Positions 55,651 through 64,000 of a DNA stretch of 64,000 nucleotides are shown piece after piece. Positions within the stretch are counted from its first letter, which is position 1; every line of letters begins with the position of its first letter. This DNA is from an uncultured Alphaproteobacteria bacterium (GTDB lineage Bacteria; Pseudomonadota; Alphaproteobacteria; UBA3830; CAYLKK01), in contig CAZMHS010000001.1 in the NCBI GenBank assembly GCA_964566185.1, positions 86,159-150,158 on the forward strand, in the 5' to 3' direction. The notes beneath the pieces were generated by a model. It worked only from the letters and a program-made list of their open reading frames with translations, searched no databases and was not told where the DNA came from. The position numbers were made by a program, and so were the translations under genes.

Positions 55651-56017
55651 TTGCTATTGAATTAGATATTTCTATTAACTTTTGTAATGCATTTTTTAGT
55701 TCTTCGTTTGTATTTATTTCTTTATTAAAAGACTCTATTAAGTTTAATATAGGAGCGTGTATATCTTTTATATTAAGATAACTTAACGGCATGTTAGTCG
55801 TATTGTTAGTTATCAAATTTTCCCATACACTGTAAATTGTATTACTATGTAAGTGTATTTTATAGTAATCTTTATTTTGTATGCTTTCTCTTATTTCTGA
55901 ACATAACATATCTCGAAATATTAATGAACTACATCTGTCTATATCTTGGTATAAGTTTAAACTATAACTGTTAGCATATAACGATATAGATAATAAAAAA
56001 GATAATTTACGTCTCAA
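55637..56017 (-). CDS. hypothetical small exported protein
   Basis: 126 aa with an N-terminal signal-like segment (MRRKLSFLLSISLYANS). No family recognised. The 3' end overlaps the ftsB 3' end by 14 nt (convergent). Confidence 0.4.
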   Translation of the reverse strand: MRRKLSFLLSISLYANSYSLNLYQDIDRCSSLIFRDMLCSEIRESIQNKDYYKIHLHSNTIYSVWENLITNNTTNMPLSYLNIKDIHAPILNLIESFNKEINTNEELKNALQKLIEISNSIAIKDL

Positions 56018-56151
56018 TGATTATTTCCCTTTCTCTTTCAATGATCATATAATACATACATTGATAAATCGTTAAAATATGAATACATATTGTAATAACG
56101 TCTTCTTTGAGCGTATTAGTCTTAATGTTTTGAAAAAGCCTAAATGGCTCG

Positions 56152-57264
56152 TTATTTTCGTTTCTTACTAAAGCAAAGAATCAGGCCCGCTGTAAAACCT
56201 GCTGCTAGCATTGATGATCCTCCATAACTAACAAATGGTAAAGTCATCCCTTTTGTCGGTATCATGTGTAGCGAAGAAGCCATGTTTATAATTGCTTGCA
56301 ATGATAATTGCATTATCAAGCCAAAAAGTGCAAGACATGAAAAAGCATCTCGTTTATGTATGGAGTTTATAGTTCCTCTAATGAAAATTAGCGTGAATAT
56401 ACAGACTAACACAACACATGATATCACACCAAACTCTTCTCCAAGGACTGAAAATACAAAGTCAGCGTGGGCATCAGGTAAGTGTCTTTTTACTATTCCT
56501 TCTCCTGGGCCAATTCCAAACATACCACCATTTGCAAAAGCTTCTAGTGATTTTGTTATTTGATAATTATCACCAGACGTCGGGTCTAAGAATTTATCAA
56601 CTCTAGCAGTTACATGCGGCAGAAACAAATATGCTGAAATAAATGATATTATAGCAAGAATTACTCCTCCAAATACGAAACGTAACGGGAGTCCATTAAG
56701 AAAAACTTGCCCGCATAATGCTGATGTAATGACCACAGTCATTCCAATATCTGGTTGTAAAATAATTGGAGAAATTACAAGCAAATATAAACATATAATC
56801 AAACAATTTTCTGAAATTTTATTTTGTTGATTTGAAAGCGAGAGAACCCAAGCGGAAATTACTGCAAATGTTGGTTTAACAAATTCTGACGGTTGAATAG
56901 AGAGTCCAACAATAGTTAGCCATCTCTTTGCACCTTTTATTTGCGTTCCAAAGACTAGTGTGCAAAGCACCATTATAAACATTATACATAGTATAAATAA
57001 TGAAAGATATTTAGCTTGCTCATTATTAAGTATAGATATAAGAAACATGATACCACAAGTTGGTACAATATATGCAAAATGCCGTTTTACAAAATACAGT
57101 TTATCTAAATTAATCCTTTCTGCGACGACTGGTGTAGCTGCCATTGCCATTATAAAACCAAATAGAATCAACAGAAGAAAACACAGTAATAATGATCTAT
57201 CTATACTCCACCACCAACGTCCTAGTACTGTACTATCTGATCTTGAAAAATTGAAAATAGCCAT
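56152..57264 (-). CDS. ftsW: SEDS-family cell division protein FtsW
   Basis: 370 aa and about 10 TM helices. GAKRWL, QPSEFVKP, LQPDIGM, PDAHADFVFSVLGEEFG and GMTLPFVSYGGSS are present, in dcw context. Confidence 0.9.
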   Translation of the reverse strand: MAIFNFSRSDSTVLGRWWWSIDRSLLLCFLLLILFGFIMAMAATPVVAERINLDKLYFVKRHFAYIVPTCGIMFLISILNNEQAKYLSLFILCIMFIMVLCTLVFGTQIKGAKRWLTIVGLSIQPSEFVKPTFAVISAWVLSLSNQQNKISENCLIICLYLLVISPIILQPDIGMTVVITSALCGQVFLNGLPLRFVFGGVILAIISFISAYLFLPHVTARVDKFLDPTSGDNYQITKSLEAFANGGMFGIGPGEGIVKRHLPDAHADFVFSVLGEEFGVISCVVLVCIFTLIFIRGTINSIHKRDAFSCLALFGLIMQLSLQAIINMASSLHMIPTKGMTLPFVSYGGSSMLAAGFTAGLILCFSKKRK

Positions 57265-57266
57265 TA

Positions 57267-58586
57267 CTAATGTTCCTCTAGATGTTGTACAAAATTTTTA
57301 AATTTATTTCCTCTATCTTCAAAATCTTTAAATTGATCAAAACTAGCACAGGCTGGAGAAAATAGCACAACAGGGTTTTTGTATTTCTTTGATGCAACAT
57401 ATGCTTGCTTTATTGCTACATCTAACGTACCTGAGTGTACGTGATATACATTATTACATAGCTCATCTGAAAAATCTGTAGCTGCATGACCTATCAAAAA
57501 TGCTTCTTTTATTTTGCTAAAGTAAGGTTTTAAAATACTAATACCTCCTTCTTTAGCGATCCCTCCCGCGATCCATAAAATATCTGAATCAATAAAACGT
57601 TTTATTGCATGTTCTGTTGCTTCAGCATTTGTGGCTTTACTGTCATTTACAAAAGTAGTACCATGCCGTTTGATTACCTCTTGTCGATGCTCTAATCCAC
57701 TGAATGAAGTCAGAGTTTCGCTAAACTGTTCATCAGTTACGCCAACGTTTTTTACCAATGCATATGTCGCTGCTATGTTTTGTCTATTATGTTCGCCATC
57801 TAACAAGCTAAAAGCATCACATATTTTTACTTTACCATTGAACAAAGAATTATTCAGCCAGCCTATACCATCTGTATGATATCTTTTGCCTGAAATCGGT
57901 ACGACATTCCTGCCAAACGATGACAATGTATCAAATGTCATTGCAGATAGCTTATCGTCTGTTCCTACTACACAGTAAGTATCAGGATTTGCAAAAACTT
58001 TTTGTTTCGCATACACATACCCATATATACCGCCGTGTCTTTTTAAGTGATCTGGGGTAATATTTAATAGTGCTGCTGAATGAAACCTAAAATTCGTGCT
58101 AGCTTCAATTTGATACGAAGAAATTTCTAGTACGTAAATATCTGCATCATTTGGGAGCTCTAAAAGAGGAATCCCAATATTGCCTCCAATTGCTACTTTA
58201 TAGTTTAGCGTTTCTAATATATGATACGTTAGTGCTGTCGTTGTTGACTTGCCATTAGTTCCTGTTATCGCTATTACTTTTTGATGATTTTGAAGAAAAG
58301 ATGTAAATATATCTAAATCATTTATTATCGGAACGAAACATTTTCTAGCCATGGTTACCAACTTGTGCGCTGTTGGCCATAGAAATGGAATTCCTGGACT
58401 AATACACACAAAATCGAAGCATTGTAATTTGCTTTCATCTATATGATTAATAACTTCTGCTCCTGAATTTTTAGGATCATCGTCATAATAAACGACGAAA
58501 GCTCCGAGAGTTTTAAGTTTATGCGCTGTCGCTCGTCCTGTACGACCTACCCCAACAATTAGAATGTGCTTATTACAAAAATCCAT
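57267..58586 (-). CDS. murD: UDP-N-acetylmuramoylalanine--D-glutamate ligase
   Basis: ILIVGVGRTGRA, ITGTNGKSTT, LEISSYQ, NITPDHLKRHG, GLEHRQE and NDSKATN are present. Confidence 0.95.
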   Translation of the reverse strand: MDFCNKHILIVGVGRTGRATAHKLKTLGAFVVYYDDDPKNSGAEVINHIDESKLQCFDFVCISPGIPFLWPTAHKLVTMARKCFVPIINDLDIFTSFLQNHQKVIAITGTNGKSTTTALTYHILETLNYKVAIGGNIGIPLLELPNDADIYVLEISSYQIEASTNFRFHSAALLNITPDHLKRHGGIYGYVYAKQKVFANPDTYCVVGTDDKLSAMTFDTLSSFGRNVVPISGKRYHTDGIGWLNNSLFNGKVKICDAFSLLDGEHNRQNIAATYALVKNVGVTDEQFSETLTSFSGLEHRQEVIKRHGTTFVNDSKATNAEATEHAIKRFIDSDILWIAGGIAKEGGISILKPYFSKIKEAFLIGHAATDFSDELCNNVYHVHSGTLDVAIKQAYVASKKYKNPVVLFSPACASFDQFKDFEDRGNKFKNFVQHLEEH

Positions 58587-58589
58587 TTA

Positions 58590-59675
58590 TCACCTGATTT
58601 TTAATGTTGCTAATCCGAACAGAGCGAGCAAAAATGATATAATCCAAAATCTCACTACAACGGTTGTTTCACTCCACCCTTTTTCTTCAAAATGGTGATG
58701 TATCGGTGCCATTAGGAATACACGAGTTCCCGTTCTTTTAAAAAAAATAACTTGAATGATAACAGATAATGCTTCAAGTACGAATATCCCCCCTATAATG
58801 ACTAAAATAAACTCATGTTTTGCGATAACAGCTAATGCGCCGATAATACAGCCTATATACATAGACCCAGTATCTCCCATAAATATTGCAGCTGGTGGCG
58901 CATTAAACCACAAAAAACCTAAGCAAGCGCCAACCAATGCTCCACAAATGATACATAATTCACTTGCGCTTGCAATGTAATGTATGTTTAAATAATTCGC
59001 AAAAACGACATGTCCAACTAAATAACAAATGACGCCAAGACATGATGTACAAAATATGACTGGGAATGTTACTAAGCCATCTAGTCCATCTGTTAGATTA
59101 ACTGCATTAGACGAGCCGACTATAACAAATGTGAAAAATAGTGGTAAAAATGCGCCAAGGTGAATTATCAGATTTTTAAAAAATGGAAAAGTTAATGCGC
59201 CGTATACTTCGGTACTACGAAGCGATTCTATGTAATAAGAGAATATGATCGAGACGACGATTTGAAGTAAGAGCTTCTGCTTAGCACTTATTCCATCGCT
59301 GTTATTTTTTCGCAATTTTTTATAATCATCGATAAGACCTATTAACATGAATGCAATACTGAGTAGCGTAACAGATATAACATACTTATTCGACATATCG
59401 CTCAATAACAATGTAGATGTAATTGTTGAAATAGAAATCAGTAGGCCTCCCATAGTTGGTGTACCCTTCTTTTTTATGTGTGTATCAGGGCCGCAATCGC
59501 GTATAGGCTGACCATTCTTTTGGATCTTTTTGAAATAATTAATAACATATGGAAACATCATCACATTTATGAAGAAAGAGATAAATAATGCACAAAATGT
59601 ACGAAACGTTACGTACTTCATAAGCGTTATGCCAGGAATGACTTGAGAAAAAGATTGTGATAAGCTATATAGCAT
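58590..59675 (-). CDS. mraY: phospho-N-acetylmuramoyl-pentapeptide transferase
   Basis: KKGTPTMGG, DDYKKL, NAVNLTDGLDGL, FMGDTGSMYIG and APIHHHFE are present. Confidence 0.95.
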   Translation of the reverse strand: MLYSLSQSFSQVIPGITLMKYVTFRTFCALFISFFINVMMFPYVINYFKKIQKNGQPIRDCGPDTHIKKKGTPTMGGLLISISTITSTLLLSDMSNKYVISVTLLSIAFMLIGLIDDYKKLRKNNSDGISAKQKLLLQIVVSIIFSYYIESLRSTEVYGALTFPFFKNLIIHLGAFLPLFFTFVIVGSSNAVNLTDGLDGLVTFPVIFCTSCLGVICYLVGHVVFANYLNIHYIASASELCIICGALVGACLGFLWFNAPPAAIFMGDTGSMYIGCIIGALAVIAKHEFILVIIGGIFVLEALSVIIQVIFFKRTGTRVFLMAPIHHHFEEKGWSETTVVVRFWIISFLLALFGLATLKIR

Positions 59676-62460
59676 TTTCTACTCCAATATTATTTTTTAA
59701 ATAATCAACTATTTTATCAAACCTCATGTAACGTGAAGCTTTCACTAAAACTACGCTATTAGCGTGTATGTCAATACTTTTTAACATAGATTCAACATCA
59801 TTAAACCAATTCGATCTATGTAATTTTTTATGTAAGGCTAACATATGTTCTCCACATAAGTAAATATCATTTATTTTGTCAAAGTAAACGTGTAAATCTG
59901 AGTGCTTTTTTGATGTTGCTTGTCCAAGCTCACCCATATCACCTAATATAGCGACTCGTTTTGCTGCATTGTAGGTTTTTAAAGATTTAATCGCAGCTAT
60001 CATTGAAGATGGGCATGCATTATACGTATCGTCTATCATAATAGAACCGTTCCGTAATTTATAAACCTCTCCCCTACCGCTTAGCGGCGTAAACTTTTCT
60101 GATAAGATATCTGCTGCGCTGTTTACACAATGTCCCATTATAGCAGAATACAATAGAGGTATCACGCTATCGACAATTATACCTTCGTTCTTTGTGCGCA
60201 AAGAATATGACACGTTATTTCCAAGTACATTCGCATGAACTATAGATCTATCTTTTTCAAAGCTTACATTTAATATTTTAGCATCAGCTTGGCTATTATT
60301 ACCGAAGGTGTATATTTGTTTAATATTATTCTGTATAGCATTATTCCTTAGTAAGTCTGAATATGCTTTATCTCCAGGAATAATTGTGAAATCCTGCTTA
60401 ATGCCATTAGAAAAAATTTCTGATTTAGCATGAACTATTTCAGAAAGATCTTTGAAAAATTCTAGATGACATTCTGACACGTTTGTGATTATAGATACGT
60501 TTTGATCGACAAGTTCTGTTAGTTTAGATAAATCACCGGTATTACTCATTCCCATTTCTATAACGGCATTTTTAGCATCTCGTGGTATCATGCTTAAACA
60601 AATTGGAACACCTATTTGACTGTTATAATTTTTGATCGAAGAAAATGTATTTTCGAAGTGTCCTAAAACTAAGCCAAGCATGCCTCTCGTAGTGCTTTTT
60701 CCCACACTTCCAGTTACTCCAATTATCTTTGCTTGTCGTCTTTGTCTTGCGTAATGGCCGAGCATTTGTAACGCAGATAAAGTATCGTTTACCATAATGA
60801 TATTATTGTTAATGATATCAGTATGGTTACAAATGACGACACTAGCACCTTTTTCTATTGCTTCGTTAATGTAGTCATCGCCGTCAAAATGCTCACCTTT
60901 TAATGCGACGAATAGATCGTTATCTTGTATATCACGAGAATTAAAAGATATTCGATGAACATTTCGTGTTACATTACAGTGAAATATCGTATTTATTTCA
61001 TCTGCAGTAAATACAGAAATGTTTTTACTAACCTCATAAGCATCGCTAAAATATACACTTTTATTTCCAATTAATTGATAATTTTCGTGTCCTTTTCCTG
61101 CAATCAACAAGATATCGCCGTTGTGCAAGCCATTAATCGCTTCGGATATAGCAACATGCCTGTCTGGAATTTCTATTGCGTTCTTGCATCCTGACATGAT
61201 TGCCGAACGTATTGCCGCAGGATCTTCGTTTCTTGGATTATCATCCGTGACTATGACAAGATCAGCTATAGACTCGGCAACACTTCCCATTAATTTTCTT
61301 TTCTGTACATCTCTTTCACCTCCACAGCCAAAGACAACAATGAGTTTTCCTGTGGCGTTGTTTTTTACATCTTCTAATGCTGTCCGTAATCCATCTGGTG
61401 TATGTGCATAATCAACGTATATGCTTCCACCGTTGTAATTACCAACGTACTGCATTCTTCCTACTACATCATGTAGCATAGACATACTATGTAGAACTTT
61501 TTCAATCGGTGTGCCACTAGAACAAGCCATAGCAGCTGCGCATAACATGTTCGATAATTGAAAATTAGACGAAATGCGAATGGATGTTTCGTATTTTTTC
61601 CCAAAACACTGCAAAACTACGTTATATCCGGTTGTATCTCGCTTTTTTAGGCTAATTAAGTGAATATCGCCACACGTCCGTCCGTAAGTAACTACATCGC
61701 CTACGCAAACGTGGCGAAGTTCATGAAATCGCTCTGAATCTGTGTTTAAAACACATTTCGTCTCACGTGATATATACTGCGAGAACAAACGCGATTTTAC
61801 ATTAAAATACTCTTCCATTGAAGAATGATAATCTAAATGATCTTGCGAAAAGTTTGTGAAAGCAACGACATCAAAATTAATGCCAAACATACGGTATTGG
61901 TCAAGTCCATGACTAGAGGCTTCTAATGCGACATTACACACTCCTCGATTACTCAGTTCTTGTAAATTTCTGTTTAATGATATTGGATCTGGTGATGTAA
62001 GAGATTTTTGTATTTGTGAATAATCTTCTGATGATATAACGCCTAAAGTACCAATACTCGCTGATTTTTCTCCACTTAAAGCCCAAATTTGACGTAAAAA
62101 ATCTACAGTTGATGTCTTTCCATTTGTCCCTGTTACAGCAGCGATTCGTCGTAATTTATTGGGATAAAATTTGCAACATATTAAAGCTAACAATTTTCGT
62201 GGTTCTCTATCTTCTATAATTATGCATTTGTCATTTTTATAAACTTTGTAGCTTTCTCCTTTCCTTAATATAAATTTAGCTCCAGCATTAATTGCTGCAT
62301 CGATGTACTTTTCTCCATCATCGTGCGTTCCGGATAAAGCTGCAAATAAGAAGCCGTCTTTTACTGTCCTAGAGTCGAGAGATATGCCAAAAACTATATC
62401 ATCATAATTACACTTTATTAATTCGCATAACCTATATCTTATTTCAACAACATTTTCCAA
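59665..62460 (-). CDS. fused MurE (meso-DAP-adding ligase) - MurF (D-Ala-D-Ala-adding ligase), single 931-aa ORF
   Basis: N-half: SLDSRTVKDGFLFAAL, VTGTNGKTST, TNFSQDHLDYH, DYAHTPD, DDNPRNED and AGKGHENYQ. C-half: FNSRDIQDNDLFVALKGEHFDGDDY, GVTGSVGKSTT, IDDTYNACP and GDMGELG. There is no stop or frame change at the junction (about nt 61000-61050). Confidence 0.9.
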   Translation of the reverse strand: MENVVEIRYRLCELIKCNYDDIVFGISLDSRTVKDGFLFAALSGTHDDGEKYIDAAINAGAKFILRKGESYKVYKNDKCIIIEDREPRKLLALICCKFYPNKLRRIAAVTGTNGKTSTVDFLRQIWALSGEKSASIGTLGVISSEDYSQIQKSLTSPDPISLNRNLQELSNRGVCNVALEASSHGLDQYRMFGINFDVVAFTNFSQDHLDYHSSMEEYFNVKSRLFSQYISRETKCVLNTDSERFHELRHVCVGDVVTYGRTCGDIHLISLKKRDTTGYNVVLQCFGKKYETSIRISSNFQLSNMLCAAAMACSSGTPIEKVLHSMSMLHDVVGRMQYVGNYNGGSIYVDYAHTPDGLRTALEDVKNNATGKLIVVFGCGGERDVQKRKLMGSVAESIADLVIVTDDNPRNEDPAAIRSAIMSGCKNAIEIPDRHVAISEAINGLHNGDILLIAGKGHENYQLIGNKSVYFSDAYEVSKNISVFTADEINTIFHCNVTRNVHRISFNSRDIQDNDLFVALKGEHFDGDDYINEAIEKGASVVICNHTDIINNNIIMVNDTLSALQMLGHYARQRRQAKIIGVTGSVGKSTTRGMLGLVLGHFENTFSSIKNYNSQIGVPICLSMIPRDAKNAVIEMGMSNTGDLSKLTELVDQNVSIITNVSECHLEFFKDLSEIVHAKSEIFSNGIKQDFTIIPGDKAYSDLLRNNAIQNNIKQIYTFGNNSQADAKILNVSFEKDRSIVHANVLGNNVSYSLRTKNEGIIVDSVIPLLYSAIMGHCVNSAADILSEKFTPLSGRGEVYKLRNGSIMIDDTYNACPSSMIAAIKSLKTYNAAKRVAILGDMGELGQATSKKHSDLHVYFDKINDIYLCGEHMLALHKKLHRSNWFNDVESMLKSIDIHANSVVLVKASRYMRFDKIVDYLKNNIGVENAI

Positions 62461-64000
62461 TTTATTTCTTCTCCATCATATTGTGGTACATTTAATAAGT
62501 TCGCAATTTTTTTTGTTATATTGCCGAATGTTGGAGCTGCATTCCAGCCTGCTGTTGCAAATTTAAATGTTTCCTGTATGCCCTTTGCTTCATCTAATAC
62601 TACGTAAATAAGGTACTTCGGGTCAGTCATTGGAAATGCTCCTACAAAACACGTATAATTAGCATTTTTTAAATATCTACCATTTTTTGTTTTTTCAGCT
62701 GTTCCTGTCTTGCCTCCGACTAAATAACCTCGAGCTTCAGCTTTTTTGTTTCCTCCTTCTAACACGTCTATTCTTAACAGACAACATAGCTGTTTTGAAA
62801 CTTTTGACGATATAACTCTTTTTCTTATACATAAATCACCAGGTTTTCTCTGTAACAACGTTGGGCTAATTAGGACACCGTCATTCAATAACCCAGCGAT
62901 AGATACAGCGTATTGTAGAGGATTAAACGCAATACCATGGCCGAATGAAATTGTCATAGCTGATATTTCACTCCATTTCTTTTGGTATATAGGTTTTTGT
63001 AACCCTCCAAGCTCAAGATTCATATGATCAAGCAGTCCCAAATTTTTAAAAAATAATTTTTGTTTTTCAGGACCTACATCTAAAACCATTTTAACTGAAC
63101 CTATGTTAGATGAATATTTGAGAATTTCTTCAACAGATAGATATGTGTATTTTCCATGATAGTCGTCGATAAAACTGCGCCCAACTTTTATTGGGTGTCT
63201 GGCATCAAACTTTGTTTGCGTATTTATATTTCCATACTGTAAAGCTAGAGCTGTATTTATAATCTTTGCACTAGAACCAGGTTCAATTGCGGAATTAGTC
63301 ATAATGTTAAAATTTTCTGGACTATAAGGATTAGATACAGAATTTGGATCAAAATCAGGCAACGAAACTAGAGACAAAATTTCTCCTGTCTTTATATCTA
63401 GTACAACTCCACCTCCACCTTTAGCGTGGAATTTTTTGATTGATTTTGCTAGTTCATCTTTTACTGCATGTTGAATTCTAACATCCAAAGAAAGTCTTAA
63501 CGGCGTAGAGTTATTTTTACATAATCTATTATCAAGACTTTTTTCTAAACCAGAAATGCCATTATTATCGATATCTGTAAAACCTACGACATGAGAGCAT
63601 AGATCTTTGCATGGATAAACTCGCCTATTTGTTTTTATGAGGTAAATTCCTGGAATTCCGAGTCCTAGTAATGTTTGCTCTTGAGCGGGAGACATGTGGC
63701 GCTTGACCCAAACGAACTTCTTTGAACGCTTAATTCGCTTTATAAGAAGTTCTTTGTCGATATCTTTAAATGTTGAACATAATTTGTTAACGGCATCGTT
63801 GATATCGATCATATCATTTGGAACAGCGTATGCTGACATTGTTGGTATACTTGTTGCTAAGATACATCCGTTGCGATCTAAAATATCTGCCCTTAAGCTT
63901 TCTGCTGGAGAATAATATTTTGATAAATGGTAATACTCATCTCTATCAATAACTGAAATGTAGATTAAACGTACCAAAATTCCGATAAATGAAACTACAA
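62439..64000 (-). CDS. ftsI: penicillin-binding protein 3 / FtsI transpeptidase (5' end beyond window)
   Basis: The frame stays open to nt 64000 (...VVSFIGILVRLIY is the TM tail). The dimerisation domain is followed by the transpeptidase motifs SSAKI (SxxK), the SSN context (YSSNIG) and KTGTA. Confidence 0.9.
   Translation of the reverse strand, partial: VVSFIGILVRLIYISVIDRDEYYHLSKYYSPAESLRADILDRNGCILATSIPTMSAYAVPNDMIDINDAVNKLCSTFKDIDKELLIKRIKRSKKFVWVKRHMSPAQEQTLLGLGIPGIYLIKTNRRVYPCKDLCSHVVGFTDIDNNGISGLEKSLDNRLCKNNSTPLRLSLDVRIQHAVKDELAKSIKKFHAKGGGGVVLDIKTGEILSLVSLPDFDPNSVSNPYSPENFNIMTNSAIEPGSSAKIINTALALQYGNINTQTKFDARHPIKVGRSFIDDYHGKYTYLSVEEILKYSSNIGSVKMVLDVGPEKQKLFFKNLGLLDHMNLELGGLQKPIYQKKWSEISAMTISFGHGIAFNPLQYAVSIAGLLNDGVLISPTLLQRKPGDLCIRKRVISSKVSKQLCCLLRIDVLEGGNKKAEARGYLVGGKTGTAEKTKNGRYLKNANYTCFVGAFPMTDPKYLIYVVLDEAKGIQETFKFATAGWNAAPTFGNITKKIANLLNVPQYDGEEINWKMLLK

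Overview
AT-rich, gene-dense bacterial chromosome segment: about 60 CDS, 4 tRNA genes, and no rRNA, CRISPR array, transposase or integrase that I could see. Gene content looks like an alphaproteobacterial intracellular symbiont of the Rickettsiales/Holosporales type. This taxonomic placement is inference from an ankyrin-repeat protein, tandem ProP-type MFS transporters, a CckA-type hybrid kinase and many overlapping start/stop codons. Most of the window is housekeeping: clpP-tig, murJ, uvrD, valS, rpoZ, rluD, sppA, fabI, infA, cca, xseB, accD-truA-lgt, pgsA, trmB, rimP-nusA-infB-rbfA, secG-kdsA-ftsB, and a dcw block ftsI-murE::murF-mraY-murD-ftsW. Four regions are not ordinary. (1) 47173-53606 (-) is a tightly packed five-gene operon with no pathway I can name. 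It encodes a DUF89-like protein, a xylose-isomerase-like TIM barrel and a signal-peptide family-II-PPase-like DHH/DHHA2 protein. It also encodes an NMNAT-like nucleotidyltransferase fused to an archaeal-type cofactor-independent phosphoglycerate mutase, and an enolase paralog that keeps the metal ligands and the Lys base but has lost the Glu/Glu acid pair. (2) 22402-26432 (+) is an isolated three-gene overlapping module with no other T6SS genes in view: an HExxH protein, a VgrG spike and a MORN-variant (YwqK-like) repeat protein. (3) 2815-6256 (-) is an Arn (L-Ara4N lipid A modification)-like operon with a stand-alone ArnA decarboxylase domain and no formyltransferase or deformylase. A separate coupled GT2 + GT-C pair lies at 9732-12190. 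(4) murE and murF form a single 931-aa ORF. Smaller oddities are a triple-repeat orphan secreted protein behind a perfect consensus promoter, an rluD S4 domain encoded upstream of any canonical start codon, a GT8-like protein with DxD replaced by NGN, and an orphan TadE-like pseudopilin. All functional calls rest on motifs read by eye from the translations; no database search was run.
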